Shown piece after piece: positions 15,175 to 28,700 of a stretch of 64,000 nt of DNA (within the stretch, counting starts at the first letter, position 1; every line of letters starts with the position of its first letter). Source of the DNA: Octopus bimaculoides (taxonomy: Eukaryota); contig NC_068999.1 of assembly GCF_001194135.2 (NCBI RefSeq), forward strand, positions 13,928,670-13,992,669, given 5' to 3'. The position numbers and the translations under genes were made by a program. Below the pieces are notes generated by a model. The model was not told the origin of the DNA. It worked only from the letters and a program-made list of their open reading frames with translations, and searched no databases.

Positions 15175-15350
15175 AGCCGCGCCTTTCGATTATTGGTCCA
15201 AAAAATTGGACCTAGTACACCTAATAATATTTTACGAATCACGAAATCACAGAGATGTAAACAGTAAAGAAAGGTATAGGTCGCATGCCAAAGTCACCAA
15301 CTAGTGGGACTTTATTCAGCACCATGTGGTTAGAAAGGCAAACTTCTTAC
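15175..15350 (-). mobile_element. Highly degraded tRNA-derived SINE (same family as 30370-30775)
   Basis: gccaaagtcaccaactagtgggactttattcagcaccatgtggttagaaaggcaaacttcttac resembles the reverse-complemented SINE head at 30680-30750. Confidence 0.5.
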
Positions 15351-15468
15351 TTTTTTGTCTCATTACTTCGCGCCTAACTAATTTTAACTGATCAAATTAT
15401 ACTAAACGCATGGGCTTTTCATCAAACTTTAGTAATACTGATAGATTTTACAGATTTGTTTATGGGTG

Positions 15469-15510
<42 letters not shown>

Positions 15511-15949
15511 NNNNNNNNNNNNNNNNNNNNNNNNNNNNNNNNNNNNNNNNNNNNNNNNNNNNNNNNNNNNNNNNNNNNNNNNNNNNNNNNNNNNNNNNNN
15601 NNNNNNNNNNNNNNNNNNNNNNNNNNNNNNNNNNNNNNNNNNNNNNNNNNNNNNNNNNNNNNNNNNNNNNNNNNNNNNNNNNNNNNNNNNNNNNNNNNNN
15701 NNNNNNNNNNNNNNNNNNNNNNNNNNNNNNNNNNNNNNNNNNNNNNNNNNNNNNNNNNNNNNNNNNNNNNNNNNNNNNNNNNNNNNNNNNNNNNNNNNNN
15801 NNNNNNNNNNNNNNNNNNNNNNNNNNNNNNNNNNNNNNNNNNNNNNNNNNNNNNNNNNNNNNNNNNNNNNNNNNNNNNNNNNNNNNNNNNNNNNNNNNNN
15901 NNNNNNNNNNNNNNNNNNNNNNNNNNNNNNNNNNNNNNNNNNNNNNNNN

Positions 15950-15990
<41 letters not shown>

Positions 15991-18476
15991 CACTCATACA
16001 TGAAATGAGTAACCATGTAGTATTTGTAGCTTCAACCATACGAGTCATTGTTTGTTATGAAAATATTGATGATGAAATCTCTGATGATATTTGGTTTAAC
16101 TGTGTCGGCACCATCTTACAAAAAACAAAAAGAAGTAAAACAAGATTCTCTGAAGAATATCACACACTATCATTCGAATAATCTCTAAGAGAAAGTGTAA
16201 ATATTGGATACATGAAACTGGCATCAAAATAATGTCTTCGGCAAAGATATGTGGCGACATATACAGACGCAGTACTGGAGCAGAAGTATCAAAAAGGAAT
16301 AAAAAAAAAAGACTTCTTTGTGAAAGTGAAAATATGCACACTAAGATATTTTGGGGAAAAAAACATAGATAAATAAAATCAAATTGTATAAGATTTAGGC
16401 AGTGATTGATGACGACATTTAAGGGATGAAATGAAAAGAGAAAGTGACAAAAAATTATTTGTACGTAATAAAATAAAAAAGAATATATAAAATCCTGGTA
16501 CTTAAAGGAAAACATATAAAGGTAGAAAAGTATTGGGAAATATCACTGGCTAGAAATAAGGTTTATGTCGTCTCAAAACTATTGCAAGATGAAATATTGT
16601 AATATTTGTTTTTATACATTTAGATATATCTTCGCTTGTAAGGTTGGATAAAATGGTTTCATCTTATTTATTTTTTCTTCAGTGAGTCGCAGCATATAAA
16701 TGGGCCATTATCAATATTTTTTTATCATTTCTATTTCCACTTGGTTGTCTTATAAGTACCTATGTATATATATATATGTATGTATGCATGTATCTATATC
16801 TATATATGTATGTATGCATGTATCTANNNNNNNNNNTATATATACATATAGATAGATAGATATATATAGTGTATACATGTGTGTATTCATGTACATATCT
16901 ATGCATATACGTATGCGTATATATGTATGAATGTGCATATATATTCATATATCATCAGTTGTCAAAGAAGACGTAACCAATAAATGATGCATCATCATGA
17001 TCAATAGGTTTACTTAATCTGTACAGCGAATTTCTTGATAGTGAAACGGAAGGATTCATTGCTGCTGAAACTTGTCTAAGACGCTTACAAAACAAATTAA
17101 TCATAAGTATTGGAAACATTGCTTTTATATATTACGAGCTTCTCGTAAGAACAGTTACAGTGACTATGTGCGGTATCGCAGCGATTCTGTCTATATATCA
17201 ATATATTTCCTTACAATTCTTTGTTTGTTATTATTTTTAATACGAGTCGTAGAAACGTTTTTGTTGTCGTTTTTGGTTTAATTCGGTGCTGTGGAAACAT
17301 GCCTATGCGTTATACGAGACAAAGTAGGAATACGAAATCTAACTAAACACATGTATGTATATATNNNNNNNNNNNNNNNNNNNNNNNNNNNNNNNNNNNN
17401 NNNNNNNNNNNNNNNNNNNNNNNNNNNNNNNNNNNNNNNNNNNNNNNNNNNNNNNNNNNNNNNNNNNNNNNNNNNNNNNNNNNNNNNNNNNNNNNNNNNN
17501 NNNNNNNNNNNNNNNNNNNNNNNNNNNNNNNNNNNNNNNNNNNNNNNNNNNNNNNNNNNNNNNNNNNNNNNNNNNNNNNNNNNNNNNNNNNNNNNNNNNN
17601 NNNNNNNNNNNNNNNNNNNNNNNNNNNNNNNNNNNNNNNNNNNNNNNNNNNNNNNNNNNNNNNNNNNNNNNNNNNNNNNNNNNNNNNNNNNNNNNNNNNN
17701 NNNNNNNNNNNNNNNNNNNNNNNNNNNNNNNNNNNNNNNNNNNNNNNNNNNNNNNNNNNNNNNNNNNNNNNNNNNNNNNNNNNNNNNNNNNNNNNNNNNN
17801 NNNNNNNNNNNNNNNNNNNNNNNNNNNNNNNNNNNNNNNNNNNNNNNNNNNNNNNNNNNNNNNNNNNNNNNNNNNNNNNNNNNNNNNNNNNNNNNNNNNN
17901 NNNNNNNNNNNNNNNNNNNNNNNNNNNNNNNNNNNNNNNNNNNNNNNNNNNNNNNNNNNNNNNNNNNNNNNNNNNNNNNNNNNNNNNNNNNNNNNNNNNN
18001 NNNNNNNNNNNNNNNNNNNNNNNNNNNNNNNNNNNNNNNNNNNNNNNNNNNNNNNNNNNNNNNNNNNNNNNNNNNNNNNNNNNNNNNNNNNNNNNNNNNN
18101 NNNNNNNNNNNNNNNNNNNNNNNNNNNNNNNNNNNNNNNNNNNNNNNNNNNNNNNNNNNNNNNNNNNNNNNNNNNNNNNNNNNNNNNNNNATATATATAT
18201 ATATATATATATGTATACATACATACATACATACATACTAATAAGATGAAATTTGACATCAAAAAGAACAAATATCTGTTCTGAAATATACTGGTCCCAT
18301 TTTATTTTTATTTATTTATTTATTGACTTCTGAAACACACATACGAGAGGTATATTTTTCAGTCTTTCTTTCGTTCATCAACATTTTTGGCCAAGCTGCT
18401 TTCCCCACCACCACCTTCCTTCGCTTGAATATTTTTATATTTTCTAACTACAATTATGTATCCACATCTATCTATA

Positions 18477-18508
<32 letters not shown>

Positions 18509-21500
18509 GAATTTTCTTTTTCTGTATCGATCTATCTAATTATCTATCTATCTATCTGGCTACATGTCAGTCTATCCATACATCACTCCCTCCACCTGTC
18601 AGTCTCTCACTATCACTGTTTATCTATCTCACTGTCAGTCTGCCTCTCAAACTCTCAGTCATACTGCATTTACTGCATACTTCACTGCATTCATGGATGT
18701 CACAAAAATAGCGTATTTTTTACGCACCAATACACATGTGTGAGGGCCTGTATGTAAATATCTGTGCATACGTGTTTGTGCGCGTATTCTTCCGTTTGAG
18801 AACGTTCATCGTTGCGGACGTTTTATATAGGTTGATATAAAATATATACAAATAGAATCTTATATATATATNNNNNNNNNNNNNNNNNNNNNNNNNNNNN
18901 NNNNNNNNNNNNNNNNNNNNNNNNNNNNNNNNNNNNNNNNNNNNNNNNNNNNNNNNNNNNNNNNNNNNNNNNNNNNNNNNNNNNNNNNNNNNNNNNNNNN
19001 NNNNNNNNNNNNNNNNNNNNNNNNNNNNNNNNNNNNNNNNNNNNNNNNNNNNNNNNNNNNNNNNNNNNNNNNNNNNNNNNNNNNNNNNNNNNNNNNNNNN
19101 NNNNNNNNNNNNNNNNTATATATATGTATATATATCTATATACGTACGCTGGGTTATTTTTATTCGCTGATAACAAGAAATTGTCCACGGCTTTCTAGAC
19201 ATGCAAACGTTACGCTCTCTATTATACTCTCTCCCTCTATCTCGCTCTCTCTCTCTTACTGTTTTTTTCTTCTTTATGTGTACATATAACACCCACGCAC
19301 ATACGCATATGCTTAAAAAACACAAACACATATACACGTACATTTGTATAGATTTACATTAATATCTATAAGTATATAGTCGTGTTCAAGAAAGGATTTT
19401 TTACGTCACAGATATTCCTATATATGTTAAGAGAAGAGAGGAATAGTGAAATTGCGTTAAAGGAAAGCATATAGAAAGTCACTGATTAGAATCAACAACT
19501 ATAAGAAAAAATAACAAACAATATTTCTTTGGATAAATGTTTAAATCTTTTTTCTTTCTTTCTTCTTTTGAAAATTTACAGAGTTCTCTTCGTTCGTATA
19601 TTAACAACATTCTTGTTTCGTATTTATAATAAAATATATAGATTTGTTTTCTAGTTATTCATTCATTTCTACTGATCCATCTCCATGTTTTCCATTTTCC
19701 GTTTAACTTCATATTTTACATTAGTTTACTTCACAATAGTTTTTTCCCAACTTTTTTATATGTGTTTGTGCGTGTGTGTGTAAGTGTGTGTGTGTGTGTG
19801 GTGTGTGCGTATGTGTGTGTATATATGTATGTATGCGTGTGTGCATGTGCGTGCGTGTGTGTGTGTGCGTATGTGTGTATGTGTGTGTGTGTGTGTGTCT
19901 GTGTCTGTGTGTGTGTCTTAGTGTATATGAATCAATAACAAAAATGTAATATGAATAAGTTTGGATAAAGGGAAACATGAATTAAACGTGACGGAAAAAA
20001 TGCACATATTTTTTTTAAGTATATAAATGTATTGATTTGATCGAATATCTTTATCTGTATCTATATCGTTTCAGCACACCTTTATTCATGAATATTTGAA
20101 ATGATATTAGCAAAAAATATTGAATTCTTTTATCAGATACTAGTCAATTGTTCAGGGTCTCTATATCAATGGTGCCTTTTATTTATTCGTGTAGTTGTTA
20201 TACTTGCTAAGTTAATGATGGATGCATTTAAACTAAATACGCAGAAGTACATTTTTATGTGAAAACCGTAAACATGGAATTGAATGAACCAAACTAGTAT
20301 CCTGTGCGCTGATGTTTCATCTGCCATAAATAACAACTACGTACCCTTTCATCTCACGTAACTAATCCATGCAAACTGTAATCGAAGGCATTTCATCTAA
20401 GTCTGTAATGGTAATTCTTGATACGATCGTTCACTATTTAAAATGATAGAATATATCTGGTGTTTGAGTTTCAGTTATACTGAACAAGGCAAATGAAGAC
20501 CTATATGTTCTTCTTAAGTGACAATCTTATAGATAATTTTTGGTAAAGTTACACATCTAAATATTTCATATTTTATTCATTACATTGCAGGGCATGAAAC
20601 GAAAACATAAATACCAGAATTATTGATTTGATTTAGGGATCAATCTGAACATGCATAATTGATGTTCTATTTTACTACATGACACTGCTGATAAAACATA
20701 TGTAATCTTTGTAGAAATGTACCACGGAGTTCTAAACTTTTCTAATTTTTCCATTTCTCATTGAGAAAGCTATTTCAGTGATGATATATTCTATTTATTT
20801 TTTCATCTAAAAGTTATCGACATCCGAAGGTAGAAAAATATTTCGGCAAGATCTTATCTAGGAAAATACATGGATAGAAGTAAATATATTTTTGTGGTGC
20901 ATTTCTTAATACTTCAGTACTAACACATCGGTGCGTTAGTAAAATTCACTGATAGAAGATAATGTATTTTTGTTTTAGAATATAGTAAATGTACAGGCGA
21001 GAATTTCCGCTGCTAGAAACATTTTAATCTAATTTCAAATGGCGTTTCTGCTGTCTTATTACTGAATTTCATTCTTCAACAGATTTAGGGTTGTATTATT
21101 TTTAACCAGAGTATATTTTCCAGCTTAGATATTCTTAGAAAACCTAATCTTAAACGTTGTTGTATTTGGGGACGGTCATGTTGCCAGTTTAGCCAATAAA
21201 AACACACGCAGTATATATTTCGTGTTCACTTCCTTCAGCTTAATTTCATATTAAATGTACTTCTGCCAGAGTCATTCGTCACACTTCTGTGACCTTATCA
21301 GTGACCCTTTGCATTCTCCTTTCTTATTTGTGTGTCTCTCCTTACTAATGATCTGTCATTTTGTGCATATATAGTTCGTGTGTTTTTATTTGTTAAACCG
21401 GCAACATGACCATCTCCAAATACAACAATATATGTTTCAACACACAAACTGAATATATAAACATAATAGTAAAATATCTATCCATTCTTTTCTTCAGATC

Positions 21501-22550
21501 CCTTTAGTCTGAACCTTCCCCTAGCAGATATATTTCCTGTTCTGAACACTTTTGAGGACCTTTGTTTCAGAAGCTTTTTTGACGGTGAACTATTAACGCT
21601 ATTGATGTCCAAATATGCTTGAAGACCAACCATGATATATGACCTATCATGCAGTTCGCACTCCGGCAACATATATATCTCACTTAGATAACTGGCATAA
21701 AAATCATTTAAGTAATTTTCAATTCGTTCTTAAAATATTTCTTTCTTGCAGTTAGTTGCACGTGCAGTTATAACATTTACACTTTACCGATAAGATAAAA
21801 GAATTTTGCTGAACATATTTCGAAATTGATGTTTTGATGTAGCAGTTGACTTACTTGTTTTACTAAGATTACTCTGTTCGTTTGTCAATTTAAATATTAC
21901 CAACTTGACATAAATGATCATCATATTCTGCATGGAATATACACAGCTCTTATAGTTGGAATACCATTTCTACATATAATAATAAATCATTTGAATAATG
22001 TATGATACTTTATACATATTGCAAAAGATGCACTAGACTTTGTTGCTTTTCGACAAGTGTTACATATCCAACACATTTTATTTCAAATTTCATAGCAATG
22101 TCTTTTTGAATCATGACATAGCTTATCTCTTCCCACAGGTTTATTGATTTCAATCGGAAAATTATAATCAGTGGAATAATCGTGAGAGAACTCAGAATTA
22201 TCCTTTTCTGAAATTTAATGTGAAACTAGAATAACTGGAATCATCTTCTGTTAGCTTTCTCCTACTACTGAAAGTAAATTGGTTTTCTACTATTTAACCT
22301 AGCAAACTGGAATGGTTTATGGACTTAGTGCAAGATAAAGAATATTTTGTTTTAAACGTGGTTACATGTAGAGTAAAAAGAAATGATAAATTAACCGTCT
22401 GTTAACCTATTCAGGCGCCCTGGCGCCACTTATTTATCCCAATACTTTATGTGAAAGATCATTTTGGATTATTTTGAAACACCAAGAAATACCAATTTGA
22501 AAATTATGCATAATGCTCCATTATCTCAATAATCCTTTCAAATAAAAGCA

Positions 22551-22737
22551 TGAGACCTGACATTTTTGTAGGGGGCTTGTCAATTAGATCGAGTCCAATA
22601 CGTAACTAGTACTTAATTTATCAACCCCGAAATGATGAAAGGTAAAGTCGATCTCATCGGCATTTGGACGAAGACTTAGTGACGGGTGAAATACAACTAA
22701 GCATTTCGTCCAGCGTGGTAATGGTTCTGCCAGCTCA
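22551..22737 (-). mobile_element. tRNA-derived SINE (family A; Meta-domain-like centre)
   Basis: Reverse complement reads gagctggcagaaccattaccacgctggacgaaatgcttag...gatcgactttacctttcatcatttcggggttgataaattaagtactag. It is homologous to the copies at 23.5, 49.7, 49.9, 53.4, 54.3 and 59.5 kb. Confidence 0.8.
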
Positions 22738-23520
22738 GCGCTTTCCCATTATCACAATAATGCATACACTTTTAATCCATATATTTATAAATGTAAATAC
22801 ACGACATCAAGATATCTACAATGTGGATACAACCGATTGTGGTGCTGTTCAGGCCAATTCGAATCTGAAAGAGCACAGCTACAATTGTCTGTTCTTCGCA
22901 TGCAATTTAGAAAAGTAAATCAATGCAGTTATATTTGTATCTCTATTTTAAAGATTTCAAACCGGTTTACAAGAACTCCACAGCAATTGAAACAGGGTGA
23001 CCTACTCTGTAAAGTTCCTCGATGACTAGATTCCATAACTACTGAAATGGTTATTGGTAATATGAATCCCTGTCACATGGATATTGGATATATTATTTTA
23101 TCGAAACTAAAAACAAAAAAAATAATGGAAACAGGGAAGAAGCTACAGTACGTGTTGTGTAAAAATAACTTTTGTACGATGCCAGTGACGAATATTTCTG
23201 GCAAAAAGAAAATGATTCCTAAAAATATATTATAAGAAACTGACTAGATACGATTCTGCAAAATGATACAAACACGAGATTGTCATTTTGATTGCTGATA
23301 TTTCCAATACTAAAAAAATATATCTAGAAATAGAGAGTAATTAATTTTCAAAATTTGTTTTCTGTGAGATATGCGTATTCAAAAATCTTGTATTGATATA
23401 TATATAGATAGTGTTTCTATCCTATATATAAGCGATATGATTGTATGTGTATATCTATAGTTATTGTTGCTTTCCGTCATTCGATCATAATAGATTTCTT
23501 AATAATTTCCTCATTTACTA

Positions 23521-23700
23521 AGGTGACGAGCTGGCAAAACAGTTAGGAAGCCAGGCGAAATTCTCAGCGGCATTTCGGCCGTCTTCATGGCTTGCTTTTA
23601 AATTCTGCCAAAGTGGACTTTGCGTTTTATCTTTTCGAGGCCGATAAAAATAGTACCAGTAGTTACTGGAGTCGATGCAATCGACTTAACCCTCGCACTT
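23521..23700 (+). mobile_element. tRNA-derived SINE (family A)
   Basis: gacgagctggcaaaacagttagg...gtggactttgcgttttatcttttcgaggccgataaaaatagtaccag...gtcgatgcaatcgactt. Confidence 0.8.
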
Positions 23701-23747
23701 CAAAAAGGACCGCCCCTTTAGGAACAATTGATGCTTTGTTCGTGGCA

Positions 23748-23783
23748 AACCCTAACCCTAACCCTAACCTTAACCCTAACACT
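23748..23783 (+). repeat. Short interstitial telomere-type hexamer array (AACCCT)x6, two units imperfect
   Basis: aaccct aaccct aaccct aacctt aaccct aacact is the complement of TTAGGG. Confidence 0.85.
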
Positions 23784-23859
23784 AAACAATCGAACGGAAA
23801 ACCAAATAAAATGTTCTCAGTGAAAATAGAGTGACACACACCCTCACACACAAAAAGCG

Positions 23860-24445
23860 AAAATTTGTATCGGTAAAATTAATAATGTACACACAATATT
23901 ACAAGTAGATACCGGGAGCGATATTGCAATAATAAATTCTGAAACTTGGAAGAAAATAGTAAGACCTACATTCATGAAAAAAAAAAGGAAACAAATAGCG
24001 CGTGGTGTCTCTGGACAGCAAGTTCTATTCGTCGGTGAATTGACGTCAGAGGTAACATTTCGTGGGAAGACGTTCAAAGCGAAAACCTACATGTGAGAAA
24101 ATACTATGAATCTGTTTGGTACAGATTGGATGGTGACATTTAATTTGTGGGACTTGCCCATAAGTGTGAATGCGTCACACACCAGTTCTAACAGGGCATC
24201 TGAGAAGTTTAAAATGAAATTTAAAATAACATATCACGATGTTTATTCTGAAGAACTTGTTACATGTACGAAAATAAGAGTGAAATCTCAATTAAAAGAA
24301 AATGCCGTTCCGGTTTTTGAACCAAAGTGATATGTGCATTTTGCGGAACTGAATCTAGTAGGAAAAGAATTGAAAAGACTTGAGAATATTGGTTATATAA
24401 AAAAAAATGAATCTATTCGGAATGGGCAGCACCAAGCGTACATAG
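23860..24445 (+). mobile_element. Gypsy (Mag/K02A2.6-like) pol fragment: aspartic protease to start of RT
   Basis: One frame with two stops: ILQVDTGSDIAIINSETWKKI (DTG protease motif)...GVSGQQVLFVGEL...NLFGTDW...LKENAVPVFEPK*YVHFAELNLVGKELKRLENIGYI, then frameshifted YSEWAAP. Confidence 0.9.
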
Positions 24446-24454
24446 AAATGAACC

Positions 24455-24575
24455 CTACCCACAGCAAGCTCTACGTCCCCTACTCCCAATTCCTACGTCT
24501 GCGCAGGCTCTGCAGTGGCAACCATGACGTTGTGACTCAGTTTCAACTCATGTGTCATTAATACATGATTCGTGG
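24455..24575 (+). mobile_element. Penelope-like element fragment (RT thumb region)
   Basis: PTHSKLYVPYSQFLRLRRLCSGNHDVVTQFQLMCH*YMIRGY matches the PLE motif IPYSQFLRLRRICS...F..RGYP. Confidence 0.75.
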
Positions 24576-24599
24576 ATATCTGGTATGGCGTACGAACTC

Positions 24600-24870
24600 T
24601 CGTCGTCACTGTTATATCTGAAGTGTTATAATATTAAAAGTTCCTGAAGTTCTCTTATTACCCTCTGTCTATTTTAACAAGCCCTCCGCGATATCTCTCT
24701 TCAATAATTCTTCCAACATATACGCTATGTCTGCGCATATGACACTCCTCTCAGACGGTTCTTCGCATGCTTATTTTTACTAACTAGTATAGTTCCCTTA
24801 GCCAATCACATGTTTGTACAGATTCCCTATACAATAACTCCCCATTCTGAGATTGAGTTTCCTTTTATTC
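24600..24870 (-). mobile_element. Possible very degraded non-LTR retrotransposon RT N-terminal fragment
   Basis: Frameshifted pieces DWL..GTILVSKNK.. and VICADIAYMLEELLK are reminiscent of the R4/RTE motif G.T.LIPK...YRPITCL...YK. Weak. Confidence 0.35.
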
Positions 24871-25099
24871 CTATTTATTTTACAACATTCTTGGGGAAGA
24901 AATTGGCATTTGTTTTCCGTTTAGAATAGATGTCTCACATTTCCGTCCGCTTTCTCTTTCTAGTTGACTTGCGCACTGGTTCAACCCCTCCTGCGGTGAC
25001 GGATTATCGAATATATCATAAAGATCAAGGCTCTTCACTATGAATGACCTCCTGACTTCTGTTACCATAGGGCTAAATTAATTTCCTGCAAAATGATGG

Positions 25100-25790
25100 A
25101 GCAATTCTGTTCCATTCGTTTTTCAATAATTCCCAGAGCTCATTTTGTTTCTTTGGAATTATTCTTCACGCCCAGCTCCAATAATCTTGGAAGCATTTTC
25201 TGTAGGGTTGAGATTGGGACTTTGAGGTGGCCAGTATGTGAGATCAACCCCTTCATCACACACAAAAAAGACTTTGACTTTCTTCGCAGTTTGACAGGGA
25301 GCACTGTCCTGCACGAAAACAGGAGTTTGAACTGACGAGGATCGGAGATGTAGAAGGGCACGCTGTCTAAGTATGCGCTTGTATATTCCAGCATTGATAG
25401 CCGCCTGTAGGCGAATTAGTGCACTAAAACCAGCAGCAGGCATCACTCCCTATACCATTACACTGCTTCCTCCATATTTCACTGCCCTCTTCACACATGC
25501 ACGAAAATACCTTTCGCCACTCCTTCGTCGGAACCAAGCACGTTAAACCTATATTAGTCCCTAAAATGAATCTGCGACCACTGTTCGTCTGCCCAAACGA
25601 CACGATCATGAGCGAAACTAAGACTTGCTCTTTGATTCTTCTCGTAAATTAGAGATTTCGTTGCCGGTGCCTGAGCAAGTAACCTAGAACCTCGTAACCT
25701 CCGAGAAACTGTTTAGTGCGACACGTTGACATCGGAAGTGTAGCTACTTTACTCGAGTATGCGATAACTGAAAGCATTTGCTTCATTTAT
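25100..25790 (-). mobile_element. Degraded Tc1-like transposase
   Basis: LIYEKNQRASL..FAHDRVVWADEQWSQIHFRD*YRFNVLGSD, then ..KYGGSSVMV*GVMPAAG...VFVQDSAPCQTAKKVK...WPPQSPNLNPTEN: the Tc1 FSDES, FxQDNAPxH and SPDLNPIE motifs. Confidence 0.9.
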
Positions 25791-28700
25791 TTACCCAATT
25801 GGATGTTTCGTTCGAAACGTTAAGCAGTTTCAATTAAATTCCTCGCACTGAAGTAGACTGTGAATATGGTGAGCTAGAGAGAGAAACGAAGTAACTGTCT
25901 TCACACACAACTATCTCCTTGATCGACCTCCCATCATCCATTTTTCATATTTTTTTCTTCTAAACAAATCCAAATTCGAAATTACTATATTTATTTATTT
26001 CTGAACTGCTTAGATACACTTTGTTATTTTTAGAATTTCGGCAGGATACATTTTAAATATGTTACTATAAGAAAACTTGCCTTGCCTTGCGGAGATTTGC
26101 CTTCCAGCTGTAATATATTTCAGGAACTCAACAATTCCGTAAATTGATTTATTCTACTTTATTTATTTCTTACTCATATTCTATTTCTGTCATACATCTT
26201 TTATTTCCATAGAATTATTCATGAAACCTTTGTTGACTTTACATCTTCTGAGTGTTATTATTTTCAAACCCATGATACGTATGTTAATTCATTTATTCAT
26301 AAGTTTCTTTCAATGACATTTTTATGGATTCTTTTCATTATTTGGCCTTAAATATATGAATACATCAAAGTGAATTTTCTCACCTTCTTTTGAGCGTACA
26401 AACTGTTGGTTTGCAATTTATTGCTTATTAGCAATATTTCAGATGAATTCTACACCCACACTATTCTATAATCGTGTATATTTCTTAATACAACAAATTA
26501 CAATTGCTGTTCTCATTTCAGAAATTACTCTGCGTTTCAATTCATAATGATATTTGTCATCTCGTATTTAGGTGTGTTTCAGGTCATTTGCCCATAATTA
26601 TTTCTACCAAGTATTAATCGAATAATGTAATATCGTCCACTGCCTTTATATAAGTATTTATTTTGCCTGTAAACTTCAAATATCATAAAATGCCATTGTG
26701 TGTAAAGTGGTAGAGAATCAATCTCACTTAAAAGTCGAACTGAAAGACGAAAAGATACGGGTGCAGAAAAAGGTAGGTGGAGGAGAAATGGGAGAACATG
26801 ATAAAATAAGAGGCACAACAGTTTTAAAATTAAGGTAAACAAGAAGGACAGAGAAAGAGATAAGGATGGAGAAAGAAAGAGTAGGTGCGTAGATTTTTAT
26901 GTTTCTGTGCCTGAAAGGAAATTTGAAACATGAAATTCAGTAGTATTATCGAGTAGATAGATTGATGATGAAATGTAACAGCGAAATGCGTAAGACGGTT
27001 TTCTTTGCAACACTACCAATTTGGTTGAGACGGTCTCTCATTATCTCTAAATATCCCCTTGTAATGTTTTTGGAATATATATGAGTAAATACAATATGGC
27101 ATGAAAGCGTGAAAAAGTGATCTTGCAAAATATAAAAAAAACAAAAACAAAAATATTTCGCCACATAAACATCAATGTTATTCTATTAAATGATTCTTGC
27201 AAAAGAAATAGGGTCTCATGTGACTATAAGTTTAAAGTTTGTATATATGTATGTGTGTAATATTTTATATTCATTTATGCTGGTATATATGTAATTTTAG
27301 TAGGTAACGACTGAGTGGTAGTCGGAGTATAAATATAGAAGCTGCGTCACCGAAGTGTTGTAATTTAGCGCAATAAGATATATGCTACTATTTTGGCGCA
27401 TTTCACATATTATTGAAATACTAACAGACTAATATGATTTGTAGTCCGAAACGTTGTGCGAAGATTATTCTTCCCTTCATCGTGTGTCCAGAAGTCACGA
27501 AAATTCAAAATTAAGTACTGAAATGAAGAGTTTTGAGATACAGAATTTAAAAGCAATGCAGAAATTAAAATATTATTGTAGTACGTGTATTTCCTATATT
27601 TAACCTGCTATATTGAAAGAGCAAATAATATGGCGAAAAGAATTGCATTATAAAAGGAAAGAAAGTATAATTAATAAATAAGATCAAAACTAAAATATGA
27701 ATGAACGCTATAAACATTTTTGGCAATATAATATACACAAAGCTGAAAGCCTGGAGAACAGCCAAACAATCGAAAGCCAGTGTAGTATATATGAGATTTT
27801 AGATAACAAATCTTATTACTGACACTACGGCTGCAAAATTAGAAAGTAATTCATTAAGTTGATCTCAAAAGACATTTGATGTATCTCTGATGAGAAACCA
27901 TTATAGAAATGGTCAGAGCTATAGAGTGATACCATGCTGTATCAGATACAGAGTGGAGATAGAGAATCAGAGCCCAATCAATCTCGGAGAAGAAACGTAG
28001 AATCTCAGAGAAAACAAATAGAGAAAATGAGAAAAAATTATCGCATTAAGAGCAACAAATGCTAAGAATACAAAGAGCTGTTACAATATTACAAACGAAA
28101 AGAGATCTTACTGAAAGGAAATCCAATACATTTAGAGAAAAAAAAACTGCAGTAAGTGTAGGTGCTATATCTCAAAAATATGGCGATGCCCAGCGAGCAA
28201 ATGAAATAAAATTGACTATGAAACAGAGAGGCACATAAATATCAGATAATATTGAAAACATTGCCTCATATTTTGCAGGGAGAAGAAGGATGTTGTACTG
28301 GCAAGCTGAGACAAGATATATTCAATGACTGTTTCCATCCGTCTACAATCCTCATCATGCAATCATTACATATTCTGTATTAACTGAAACATTAGACCTT
28401 AACAACCGCATTTACTTCTGTATTAATGGAAGCATCGAACGCTAAAACGCTTAAGGCTGGTTTATCTTCCAGTTTACATAGCATTCGTAAACTTGTCAAC
28501 GCATCTATACATAAACAAAACGGAATGTGTTCTTTTGAATATTTCCCTTTAACAATAGCTAACGTGACACACTTCATTAGCATGATAATGTAGGCTGTAT
28601 CATTCAGTTCAGCGAACTATCAGAGAAAATAAAATTAACGCAAATGCGTGCAATATTCAAAGTAATATGGAAGAAAATTGTGGGATGAACAATAAAAACC

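Noticed and set aside
28152-28278. Apparent short intron (gtaagt...ttttgcag)
   Set aside because: The flanking frames are short and closed by stops, and the joined peptide is unrecognisable.
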